DNA of 64,000 nucleotides from Lophium mytilinum (lineage: Eukaryota). A program made the translations under genes and the position numbers. Below the pieces are notes generated by a model that saw only the letters and a program-made list of their open reading frames with translations, did not search any database and was not told where the DNA came from. Each line of letters starts with the position of its first letter. The stretch's first letter is position 1. Below are positions 12,579 through 24,300 of this stretch, piece after piece. The DNA lies in contig MU004189.1 in the NCBI GenBank assembly GCA_010093605.1, positions 255,834-319,833 of the forward strand, read 5' to 3'.

Positions 12579-12772
12579 GGGGGAGTGGGTTGAAGAGGGG
12601 GAGGAGGAGGGGTGCGGGTTCTTGCGGATTTGATCTGTGTCGTGGGACGGGGTGAGGTACATTGCGTCCCGCCTAGGTAGTTCAGGAAGTATCTCATACT
12701 CAAGTATGAAGCTGGGCCGGACTTACGAGCTCTGGACGAAGATTGTGACCTAGCCCCTAGGTGTTCTGATTC

Positions 12773-12845
12773 ACAATTTGCCCTGGTTACTTGCGAATAC
12801 GCCCCAATCAAACCGCTTCACACAACATTGCTAGACGCAACACGG
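12773..12845 (-). repeat. Solo copy of repeat family A, inverted
   Basis: ATCAAACCGCTT-N14-AGACGC at 12807-12838, preceded by TTGCGAA; this matches the reverse complement of the family A unit. Confidence 0.5.
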
Positions 12846-13060
12846 AGTCTGTTATGCCGCGACGCAAGTGCCAGACGATAGTGACCGGCACCATATAATT
12901 CCATCAGGAGCTTCTCATTCATCCAATTCTATTTCGACTGGAGCCAGCCCACGCCATTTGCGGCTGATAGTGTCACATCATTGCTGGACCCTGTATATTA
13001 AAGCACAAATCAGCTGGTAAGCCAGCCCGCCTGATTCACGCACCAAAAAGCATGTGAAGC

Positions 13061-14020
13061 TCCGGACGTTACAAATTAGGCTCGCGGAATAGGGAAGATT
13101 GCAGTGGGGTGAGAGGTATGAAGTGGAGCCAGTCCGTGCGATTTGGAGACTGTTTTGGCATGTTATTGCCTGGACTTGCAAATCAGACGTTGGATGAGGG
13201 TTTCGAGTGAGAGCACGATTTACAATGCTATTTCGCATGCGAGATCCGGACGTTGTAAATCAGGCTCGCGGAATAGGGAAGATTACAGTGTGGTAAGATG
13301 TATGAAGTGGAGCCAGTCCGTGCGATTTGGAGACTGTTTTGGCATATTATTGCCTGAAGCCGTGAATCAGACGTTGGATGAGGGGTTTGAGCTGGAGCTG
13401 ATCTTATGTCTTTATGCGAAGCTAAAGGGACGAGGTAGTCTACGCGATTTAGACTCTCTTTTAGGATGTAAGATCTAGGACGTCTTGAATTAGACCTTCA
13501 TTTAAGAGAAGATTATAGTATAGTAAGATGTATAAAGTAGAGCTAGTCCGTATAATTTAGACTCTATTTTAGTATATTATTACCCTAAAGCTATAAATTA
13601 GACTTAAGGATTTAGATATTAAGAGGGAGGATAATTTATAATACTATTTTATATGCGAGATCTAGATATTATAAATTAGGTTTAAGAAATAGGGAAGATT
13701 ATAGTGTAGTAAGATATATAAAGTAGAGCTAGTCTATGTAATCTAGACTCTATTTTAGCATTTTATTGCCTAAAGCTATAAATTAGGCGTTAGAATTTAG
13801 GTATAATGCGGGGACAAGTCCGGTGTCTCCACGTGGGGCTAAAGGGATTAGGGGTTCTGCAAGATTCACACTGTCCTATGGTATGTAAGATATGAGACGT
13901 TATAAATTAGGCTATAGATTGGGGTGAGTTTTTAGTGTGTTGAGATGTATAAACGGGAGCCAGTCTGTGCGATTTGGCCTTAATCTTGCAATGTTATTGT
14001 CGGACGTTAGGTATTTGGAC
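13061..14020. repeat. Repeat family B: five tandem ~185-230 bp units, partly RIP-mutated
   Basis: Units start at ~13061, 13245, 13474, 13661 and 13891, with core AAGTGGAGCCAGTCCGTGCGATTTGG...TTTTGGCATRTTATTG. Copies 3-4 read AAGTAGAGCTAGTC (CpA->TpA, TpG->TpA). Confidence 0.92.
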
Positions 14021-14369
14021 ACGGAAATGACGATGACGTGACGTAGAAGTGAGAGCCAGTTCTATGCCTGAGAGGACGAGGGTTGTATGGTTAGGTGCGT
14101 AGACTGTAGGTTCCGGGCATGTGCCTGGTGCGTTGGTATAACGAAATGGCTTACGATTTCCTTACACCACTGATACGTCACTGCATCGACGCCTTTTTAC
14201 CCAATGGTCGTGTGATCTCTCTCGGAATGAGTTAATCGCATGAAATTAGATAGGTATACCTGTCGGATCTTGAAACTCCAAAAAACTCCAATCCGAAACA
14301 ATACCACCAATCTATACAAACTCCGTGAATTGGTTTCGCGCGATTTGAAAAGCTGAACTAGTCGTAAAC

Positions 14370-15371
14370 TCATAGCAGCGTCCACAATCCCGCCGCTGCA
14401 ACAACCACACTCCACCCAGCAAAGATAGTCACCCGTCCTGCTGCACCCTTCGGCTTGTTATGCGTCGCCGCTCCACCCAGGTACCAGCTCCCAATATCGG
14501 TGAGCTTGCCATCCTGCGTCAACATAGCAACGTTCGGCCCGACATTCGACACACTACTTCGGAAGCCACCAAAGTAAGAGTAGCGCGTGATGTTCCTATC
14601 AAATCCAGATTAGCCCCATCTCAACCCACTCTTACTCCCCCAATCATGCGAAAAAGGTACAAAAAAAACTTACGCAACACGATCAAAATACTCGGAGCTC
14701 TGATTATAAAACAGCTGCGTCGTCTCCAAATCCTGATTCGGGTACCCATACTCAGTAACCCAAATCTTCATATTCGGATACGCCGCCATCTTCTGTCCAA
14801 TATGGCTCGCCATGCCCTCGAAATTCCCATACCAATGCACTGGCATGATATCCGGGTTGCAACCCCCATCGCAGAAATTGAAGAAATCCTGCAGCCATGT
14901 GAAGCCATCTGGCGACCCGGTGGTTGCAGGCGCCCCGAGCTTCACGCCGAGTTTCTTGAGCGGCTCAATCTGCTTTATCCACGCGTTCGCGGCTACGTCG
15001 GCTGCGATCCCGGAGCCACCCGTAGCGGAGGTCCCGTCGGGCTCGTTGAAGCCGAGGACGTAGGAGACGTTGGTGCCGGACTTTATCTGGGCTTTGACGG
15101 CGTCGAGGAAGGGAGTGCCGGTGTCGGCGGTGGATGCGCCCCAGAGCATGGGGACGAATTCGAGTTTGGACTTGCTGAGGGATGGAGTCGCCGCATAATT
15201 GTAATTGTAGTACCAGGTTAAATCGGACGTAGAGGAGTCCCAGATATTGTCGTCGTCGGGGTGATTTTCGGGCGGGACGTAGACGAGGCCGCGCTTGGCG
15301 GAGGTGGTGGTGAGGGCGGTGGGGAGGAGAGAGAGCAGAGAGACGGCGGGGAGGACGAGGGATTGACGCAT
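14370..15371 (-). CDS. Secreted, probably GPI-anchored GH128 (Asl1-like) beta-1,3-glucanase
   Basis: Signal peptide; KRGL, WYYNY, EFVPMLWG, LGFNEPD, HWYG, IWVTEYG and RYSYFG motifs; hydrophobic C-terminal tail. One intron at ~14597-14673. Confidence 0.88.
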
Positions 15372-15954
15372 GATTGATGTGATGGTAGATGGCTTGGAAA
15401 AGAGAGCGATGTTGAGTTTATTTTGAAGCTGTTGGCATGCCGCGAGTATAAGGACTGGTTAGATAGACAGAAAACGAGCGTGAATCGCGCAGAATAGCCA
15501 AAAACGAATGGATACAGCAGGCAACGGAAGCGTGCGGCTGCAGAAGTACAGAACGCGAGACAGAGAAAGGTGACAGAGGGGGGCGCGCAGTGAAAGGGGG
15601 ATGGGAGAGTGGGAGGCGCGTGAAGACTTGGAACTCGGCTTGCCGGTGCAGCAGCCCAGACAGCCCAGCTTGGGACCAAGGCCTCCGAGGGTCGATGGCG
15701 GCGCCGGACAGGAGTCTGGCGGTGCTGAAACGGAGAGAAACAGCGGCTGGGCGCGTTATCTATCGATTTCATGTGGTGGCGTCAGGCCTAGTTCCCGCTT
15801 CAATAAACTCCCGTCAGGGGCCATCCCAGCTGGAGATCGTTAAGCGTCAGGGGTAAACGCACGTGCATAGGTCTCGACTTCACTCCCAACTCCAGCTTCA
15901 ACCCTCAACATCTAATAATAGAATAGCCTATCCAAACCACACCAAAACACTTTC

Positions 15955-17805
15955 CTACAGCCTCAACGCTGTTTCAACGTACACCTGCCTCAATTCTGTA
16001 ATGGCCAAACAAACGGCCTCTCTCAGCTCCCTCCCAGTCATCGAGATGCCCCCCTTCAAAAACACCTCCTCGTCCCCCAGTCCCACTACCCCATTCTTTC
16101 GCCGATTCATCTGATCCGGATGCCATCTCTTCTGCTCTTTTCTTCGTAGATGATCTCTCAGCATCTTCAGTTTCTCTTGATCAGCCTGTCGGAAATCAGG
16201 CTTCCACTGCGGCGAGGACCCGTTCTCTAATCCTTCGAGGACCGTGTAGCGTACCCGGATCCCGAACGCGGCGATGAAGAAGCCGAAGATGTTGTAGCGG
16301 ACGACTTGGTGCGGGTGGATAGGAAGATTGGAATTAGGGAGCTTGGGTGCCCAGCCGTACCGGTTTGAGGACTTGATCTGCTGCATATATCTAGATCCTA
16401 CATCGAGTAGATCTCCACCGTTCCCTGATGGCGTGGGGTAGCGGATAGCGGCGTCGTTGATATCCAGCTGGTCCCAGTGTGTGTTGTACTCCTCGAACGC
16501 CTGCTGCGCTCCTGCCAGCGAAGGCTCTCGTTGGGCTGAGAAGCCGTTCCAGCCAAAGAACGGCGGGCCACGGTTGAAGGTAGGCTCGTCATCGTCGCTA
16601 GAGAGCATATCAAAATCCGAGTCCGTAAAGTGGTACGAAGATTGGCGCTGGCGTTCTGAGTGCCGTTGCTGGTGCCGCCATTCGCGCCATGATCTGTTTC
16701 GCTGTGCCTCGAATTCCGCTTTCTCTTGCCGAAGTCTAGCTTCAGCGTGCAACACTCTCCCGCGCTCTTGATGCAAAATCTCCTCCGCTTGTCGAAGTGT
16801 CGCTTCCACATCTCGCACTCTCGCTTCTCGAGCTTCAAGTTCCTCCAACCTCGCCGCGATCACCTCCTCTGGGAGCGAGTACCCCATCCCATTAGCACCA
16901 CCCCCATGATTGCAAGAACACCCACACCCCCGCGTCTGCTGCTCCCCACCCTCACCACGTCGAAACCTAGGCGGCGACGTATACTCGGGCGGAAACTCCC
17001 CCGCCGGCCTCGGCACCCTCGCCCCCGTATCCCCCCCAAAGAAATCATGCACACTCTGCCGACTCGACGACCTCGGCGGCTCGAAAAACCCCTTATCCCC
17101 ACCCGCCGGCATCGTCGGAAACGAATCCTCGGCCATGAACGTAGCATGCTCAGACTGGCTCGAATCACTCCCCGCATCACTCCCATTCCCATCTCCATCC
17201 CCATCTTCTTTCTCCCACCCCCCCCTCTCTCCTGGATTGATGTTCGCGTCCTCAAACTCCCCGCACCCGGACTGGCACTCCTCACTCCCACTCCTCCCCC
17301 CAAAACCCCCTCGCGGCTCCTTCGCGTCCATATCAATATCCGGCACCGCGCCCGGAGACTGCTCGCCGGCACAGCTCGCCCACGGCGTGTCTTCCCAACT
17401 CCCCTCCCTCTGCGCTTGCTCCGCAGCCTCCGCGGCCCACCACCACTGTGGCTGGAACCCCGCGTAGCCGGGCGCCGGACGCTGGTACAGCGGATCGACG
17501 AAGCCGAAGTGTCGTCGGCTACACCCGCTGCCCACCCAGCGCGTGCCGCAGCGGGTCCCGCCGCGGTGGATACCGTGCGGGTCGAGGGGTGGGATGTTCG
17601 GGGGGCTGCGCCAGTACGGTATTCCACCGTTGGTTAGGAACGGGTCTGCGAACGGGCGGTGTTGGGGGGGCGGGAACCAGTCTGCGGGGAGGGGAAAGTC
17701 GGTGTATCTGCGCTCGAAACCGGTGCGGGAGCGGAAGGGGAGGTTGGGGGTGGGGTTGGTGGCTCTGGAGGTGAAGGGGTGGTAGGTGTGGTGGATGTCT
17801 TCCAT
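15955..17805 (-). CDS. Hypothetical low-complexity/coiled-coil protein with C-terminal RWHPD motif, intronless
   Basis: Open frame of about 616 codons from MEDIHH (17805), with a central coiled coil (RLEELEAREARVRDVE) and a C-terminal KEQKRWHPD. Confidence 0.7.
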   Translation of the reverse strand: MEDIHHTYHPFTSRATNPTPNLPFRSRTGFERRYTDFPLPADWFPPPQHRPFADPFLTNGGIPYWRSPPNIPPLDPHGIHRGGTRCGTRWVGSGCSRRHFGFVDPLYQRPAPGYAGFQPQWWWAAEAAEQAQREGSWEDTPWASCAGEQSPGAVPDIDMDAKEPRGGFGGRSGSEECQSGCGEFEDANINPGERGGWEKEDGDGDGNGSDAGSDSSQSEHATFMAEDSFPTMPAGGDKGFFEPPRSSSRQSVHDFFGGDTGARVPRPAGEFPPEYTSPPRFRRGEGGEQQTRGCGCSCNHGGGANGMGYSLPEEVIAARLEELEAREARVRDVEATLRQAEEILHQERGRVLHAEARLRQEKAEFEAQRNRSWREWRHQQRHSERQRQSSYHFTDSDFDMLSSDDDEPTFNRGPPFFGWNGFSAQREPSLAGAQQAFEEYNTHWDQLDINDAAIRYPTPSGNGGDLLDVGSRYMQQIKSSNRYGWAPKLPNSNLPIHPHQVVRYNIFGFFIAAFGIRVRYTVLEGLENGSSPQWKPDFRQADQEKLKMLRDHLRRKEQKRWHPDQMNRRKNGVVGLGDEEVFLKGGISMTGRELREAVCLAITELRQVYVETALRL

Positions 17806-18319
17806 TGTTGGGCCTGGGGACGGAGTGGGCAGGTTTGGGGACGAGGTGGCGTGGGAGGAGACGCGGAGGTAAGCAAGGGGGATGGGGTGATCACGCAGTA
17901 ACAACAGGAGGACGGTTACGATGCGATGATGGATAGTCAGTTAAAGACTACGCGGCACACGAAGCCAAGTTTGCTTGCGTGCCAGCTTGACCGCGCCGTC
18001 TTAATTGTCCCAGTGCGCGAGTACCAATCCAAGTTAGTAGTGAGATGAAATCAACCTAGAAAAACGTAAGTCGAGAGGCAAACCGGAAGCCCTTCAGACC
18101 GAGTTCGGACATCGCAGGTGTGTGTTTGTCCGAGATTAGCCAGTGTTGTGGCCTTCCATTACGATCTAGATTAACTATGCAACGTGACACCCGCCCGTGA
18201 AAACTCGCAAACGCTACCATAATGCTTTTGAACCAATGAATCAAAGGGAAAGGGTATGCTCGCCTCGCCCATCTCAGCCTCTCTCCGGCCCCGCATCTCT
18301 GTCTCGGACTCCAACTCCC

Positions 18320-21300
18320 CTACTCAACCGGCTCGATCTCAGGAAACGTTTCCGAGAACTGGAAGAGTGAATGATAATCCCCCTTATCACTCTGGTCGAT
18401 ATCCAACTTCTTAGCTTTCTTGTCGTCGTAAAGCCATTGCTGTGGAACCAAGATTATGTCACCCTTCCGGTTATGTACCAGCTGTGTGTTTTGACTGCTA
18501 GCATCGTCCTGATCGTTCATGTTCATCGGGGTGAACTCCCCTTCCCGTAGCACGTTGGATCGCCTGTAATGCCGCTGCATGATGTCTACGTCAATGGTGT
18601 TCAGGGCCACGAAATGATAGACGTGGACCGTCTTCTTCTGACCATATCGGCGTGCCCGACCAATCGCCTGCTCCATCTTTGATTCGTGGTCGTGCTGGGA
18701 TACTTCCAGCAATGGGGAGAGGAAGATAACGTGGTTAGCAGTGAATAAGTTCCTTGAAGATGCAGTGGTCAGCGATGTTATTGAGAGCTCTTTTGGTATT
18801 GGAAAGACTTACAGCCCGGCAGCATTCGCACCATAGAGATCCAGTACAAGCACGCGCTTTCTCGTGCTAGTTTTGTTCTTCTGGAAGTCTGCGAGCAGCT
18901 CCCCAGTGTCGGATGAGTCCTCTCGAAGAGCTGAGTGCGCGATCTCCCGTTCCTCCAGGGCCTCGGCGACTTTGTCCAAGAGAAAGGCACTATGCACAAA
19001 CAAGACCGCTTGGTCCTCTTTGATGCTGTCCAGTAGACGAAAGAGACTCTCTAACTTTGCTCCTGGGGTGTGCTCTGATATGTGGTCGACTTTCTGGAGC
19101 TGTGCGCCGGTGGTGGGTAAACCATCTCTCGTCTTGGCTTTGCATCCTTTCACGGGACATTCGATGAGTCCCGCCGTGTTCCGTAGACACGTCGCGCAAG
19201 AAATGTGACCACACAGTGGGAGCACCGAACAACTGAGCGGATCGCTACGGGTCTGTTGGCATTGCGCATTTTGGCAGTGCTTGACACCTGTCGCACAGGT
19301 GTGTGTACCCTGCTTCAGTCTCTCTAGAGATTCAACCAACCTTCCCGATCTCAGCTGGCCCAAGAACGCACGTTCTTCTTCCCGTAGTTTGCCAGAAAGT
19401 TCTCGTAGCTCTTTTGAAGCGATGTCTCGGCTCGAATCCGTTGGGCTCGGCTCATGTTTCGCTTGCTGTTCTGCTTTTGAAATAAAAGTTTTCAACGCTC
19501 CCACTGCATCCAGATCGCCAAGATGATTATCCTTCTCATTCGTACTAGTCTTCCATTCGATGTAGTGGCTGTCAAGGGCACCACAATACTTCTTCAAGAT
19601 TTCAGCCTGGACCAGCGTTTTCATCAGCCTCTGTTGCGAAGCTTTCATTTCGCTGGCTCTGGCCCGGGCAGGATCCCCGGTAGATGTGAAGGAAGTATTG
19701 CAGTTCACCAGTGCCTCCTCTGCAGTCTTTGAAGTTCCGATAAGGCCCTTGAGTAGTGTTTTTCGATCGGAGGAGTACCCGTCAAACTTTCTCGACATTT
19801 GCATTTGCTCTTTCGCGAAATGGCTGAGCAAATTTAGGTATACTTCGTGATGGTTCAGGTGCAGTCGGCTCAGACGGAGAGTTTCCACAGTTGGAATGTC
19901 TTCAATGATTGGGGCGTTCTGTCGAGCAAACAAGTCAAGAAATCGCTGTGCGCTTTGGTGGCGTACCATATGCCACTCTTGACTTCTGGCCTCTTGAAAG
20001 GACAGGAATTTCTCCGCTGAAGTCATTTTCTCTGCCTTGATTTTTGTAAGATTGCGGGGTGTTATCACTCCCGCAACTTCTGTATCTCCGCCGAGATTGA
20101 CATGAAAGAAACTTGCCATGACCTTGACATCTCTGAAATCGTCAAGTCCAATCGTTCCAGATAGGATCCAAGTCTTTTCTGAGTGAAGTCTTACTGTGGA
20201 CATGTACACAGGAAGCAAATCGCTCTCCAGATACTGAAATTCATCCACGACAATTCTGTTCCATCTGAAGAGCTGAAGGACTGGAGCTTTATGTGACTCC
20301 CAAGTTGCGTCCGTGTTTTGTCCTTTCTTCGACTTAGACTTCGCTGCAGCTCTCGGTTTTGCTTTGGGTGCAGTCTTTGGAGCGTTCTCAACGTATTTCC
20401 GACCCGTTAGGCGTTTAGATGGCAGTACTGCGTTGAAATCAGAGCTAGCTGAAGTTTCCTCGCGTCGACGGTCAAGGTCTTCCTCGAATGAATCGATGTC
20501 CATACTCTGGAGATTTTCAATACTTTCAGGGAGCCGTGGTAGGGAGAAGTCTAGCCAAGAGGCGAACGCACGACTTGGCTTAGTGACTGGTTCACGCATC
20601 GCGCACAGTTCTGCAAGTCTCTTGTTGTATCTGTCATTGGCGAGCAACTTCCAATTCAGTATGACGAAACGCGCTTCGATGAAGTCCGAAATGCTGAGTT
20701 TCATGAAATGTTCCCATCGTTTGATCAGCAAGACTTTTGACGAATAGTCTTTCTCTGGAAGGAATTTGGCGATTTCTTCCTCCCATTGATTCGATATACT
20801 GTCGTTACAAATGATCAGGGTGGCGGATATGTCAATGAGGCCAGGAACTGCCGTGGCGCTTGATCGGTTCTCCTCGACAATTGTTTCTTGTCCCTTCTTG
20901 TTGAATTCGTCATGAGCCATCGCCAAGATCGTGACAGTTTTCCCGAATCCTACTTTTTCTGCGAGGACGCCGCCCTTGACTACAATGTCTTTTTGAGCTC
21001 TGACTTCCGCTCTCCAATTCAGTTGCGGAATCGAGACCTCTTCAATTTCTTGAAGGCGGAACTTTGGGGCGCCAGGGTCCTCTCGATCGAGCATCCATTT
21101 CAACGAGCGTTCCTGTTCTTTCCGCAAGGGAGGCGACATGTTTAGCGGAGTGGGACAAACAGGATCGCCGTCGTTGTTCCTGAGCTTGAATCTTGGGAAC
21201 GAACCGATCGCTAATGGATAAGCATCCGAGATCAGTCTCCAAGACACAACTGGAGGTCCTCCGACACCACCAAGTCGAGCAACAGCACGATGTACCATCG

Positions 21301-24300
21301 AGTGAATATTAAGACCGATTTCCATGTGCCCGATTCCGTCATCTACCTTGACACCGATCTGTACCGTGGCAGGGCGGTTCTTGAGACGAGATTCATATGC
21401 CGCTGCCTCCATGTGGTCTTCGAAGGGTGTTGCGGTAGTTTTGGCTGCATTCGACAGCCATTTGATACCCGGCAGAGTTGGTGCACATGACTCGCAGTGA
21501 ACAAGAGGTAGTCCTGTCAACTGTGTCCAGGAATCGTTCAGACCGGGTACATTTCGTATTCTATCCAAAACGAAGCGGAATGTTGCAAGAAACTGCTTGT
21601 CGTCAGGCTGCACAAACTGTCGTGTTTTCCACGCTTCTCCCATTTTGCCAGAAGCTTCGAATTTGCAAGCTAAAATTGCGCGCAGGCCAGAGCAAGGCCC
21701 TGAAATCAAAGATGCATTCCAGCATGGATCCAGTGGTGCCGAACGAAACGACATTTCGGTCGAGATAGGAACGAGCCTCATGTCAGACGCCGCGACACTT
21801 GACCATTTGCCTTGAACGCTGACTTTGCGTTGGGTTAAGATGTTAATTTTCCAAGGTTCCCAAGTACTGTCCAACCGAGCAATTACGTCGCGCGACTGGC
21901 CCCATGGTAGTCGGGAATGGTCTTTACTGAATACAAAATAGTCATCTCTGGGATCACCAAGAGGGGATGGATCGAAGAACAGATTGATGGGCTCGTTTTC
22001 ATCTTCTTTGAGTGTCGACGGCAGCTTCCTGTAAAGACTGTTTTTCGACGTGCCACATTTAGAGAGCAGTTGGTAGTTCCCAGACAGATCCACACCCCCT
22101 AGACCCGGCTTGCTCGAGTTGATTGATAGTACCTTCGGCACCGTCTCGTTTTGAAACTCTAGCAGGCCCATCTGAGCGCGCCACGATGGAGCTGTGTCGC
22201 CCGAGCCTCGGATCGATACTTGGAAGGTGTCTTCACGAGGAACCAAAACTTCCCAAGGCCATGCTAGCAAGTCATCGCCTCTGATGAAAGATCGTGCTAT
22301 TGGGTGGCTTAGAGATGCTCGAAGGGTGTCATTCGCTGGAAGGTTATTTGGAGGTTTGGCGTACAGTCGCCACTGCGGTTGATTGGAGAGTACAAGATCG
22401 AGTCTAGCTGTTGGGGAATCGTAATGCACTATCCAGTCTCTAGATCGGTCAAATGACTCTAGGCGCATTTCAACATCAAAGGCGTTAGTTATGGCATCCA
22501 CATACAACGCAGACTGTTGAGATTGAACGTCTGCCAAGAAACCTCGTAGCCTTTTGGAATCTCTCAGCAACCGGAAAGCGACGCGGCTAGGCAGGGCGCG
22601 TCTCCATTTGCGTTGAAAGTCTTGTGGTGTCATACGAGAGTCTGCCGGTATGACGGAACAGTAGTTGTGGGTAGGTCTGCCAGCACATGATGTGCAAGCA
22701 GTGTGACCACATGACTCGCAAACCTTGATTTTGTTGCGCACTGCGAAGCCGTTTCCTTCACAGTAACACATAGAAGCGCTATCTTTAGCATTTCTGAGAA
22801 GCTGTGAAAGCTTGATCTTGATACTAGAGGCTTGCTGGCGGGAAGCTGTTTCTAGCAGCTCTTCGCCGGTAATTGTAGGAGGCCCTCTTGGTACGCTAGC
22901 CATGACCGTGGCCGAACGTGCGGCGCTCGTTCGAGGGAAGAGAGACTTGTAGGAAACAATGAAAGCAGATATCATAGCAGCCCAAACACATGGACAGCTC
23001 ATGGCGTTGCCTCCAAGAGATCTGATCTGGGCATTGGTTTCGGTAGTGAAAACAATTTTGTCGATCGGAATTCCTTGGAGTAAGAGATATTCGTAGCCAG
23101 AAGCTCTAATTCCCAGGTGAGTGATATATGCGGTTCCTGAAGGTGTGAGACAGTTCGCCATTCCGAAGACTGGTTTGTCTGCCGCTCCACGGTCTACATT
23201 TTGAGACAGGTCCCACACCCGCATCTTAGAAGTCGAATCGTAGCTGAGCGTTTTATGGGCGGCGTTGCGTAAATGGCTGATATCCATAAAGTCCAAATCG
23301 CGTGCCACGCGCGTTCGCAGCATCGCTCTGTCCGTATAATCTAGAGGATCACACGAACCTCCTTCGATCCATTCGGTCAGTGGGCGCTTTTCCCCGAGCT
23401 TCCCGTTCTTTCGAGCTAATTCGTGGCGAGCTCGACACTTTTCCCAGGGTTTGCTTTTCTTATCACGTGCTTCTTGCACGCCAGTCAACCTGAGGCGTTG
23501 GAGACGAGGATCGTCAACTGGAAGGGTAAAGTCTGCGAATGGACTACTCGCTCGGCGTTGGAATGATTTGACCACGTCCACCCAGTCAGCCACTGCTTCT
23601 CGAACACCGTCTCCGAACTTTTCAATGTTGAGACAGACCATGTAGGTGCGAATTCTCGTCTGAGGTAGGTAATAGTCTTTGGTGTCAGCTCTGACCGTCT
23701 CGCTTTCGTAGCCGATGTTCCAGTACAGCTCTTTGAACTCGTCCCATTGCGTTCCTTTTCCCACAACATTTTCAAGAATGATGATGGGAGGCTGGTACAC
23801 ATTGGCGTATGATACGATAGCGCGGAAAGTATCGCCAGTCTCGCCCTTTTCGGTCAACTTTTTCTGGTAGTTGTTTAGAGGCGACCGATCTACGCAAGCA
23901 AATCCTGCCACGAGGAGGTCTATGTCTCCTGGTATAGCTTTCCGTGACCCCCATGCGGTGGTGCTGTTTGAACTTAGTAAAACGAGTCGCGCGTTGCGTA
24001 GACGAATTGGACTTACGCTTCAGTGGCTGCTTCACCATTGTTTGTCAGGTCTTTCACGTCCCGGAAAATAATTTCAGGCTGAAAGTTCCTCTCAATGTAT
24101 GCTTGCTTGGAGGGGACGATTTCCGCACTAAAACGGTGCTTGAAAGACAGCGTTTCGTGACCAATCCTGCCGAGTGCTGCAGTTGATGTTAGAATATCTC
24201 TTGATATGTAAATAGCAGTAAGGCCATACCATCATTCATTAGCTGTAACGCGAGCAGAGGAGCCTCGGTGCCGGAGCACATGGTTGCAACGTTTAGCGTC

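Noticed and set aside
11874..12662. 262-aa antisense ORF (likewise 14460-15221, 16726-17637 and 53682-54491)
   Set aside because: Shadow frames opposite well-supported genes, kept open by GC-rich codon bias.
13143..13478. 111-aa ORF in the family B array, similar to the ORF at 53090-53344
   Set aside because: The shared peptide (KWSQSVR) reflects the DNA repeat; non-ATG starts, and the frame is not preserved among copies.
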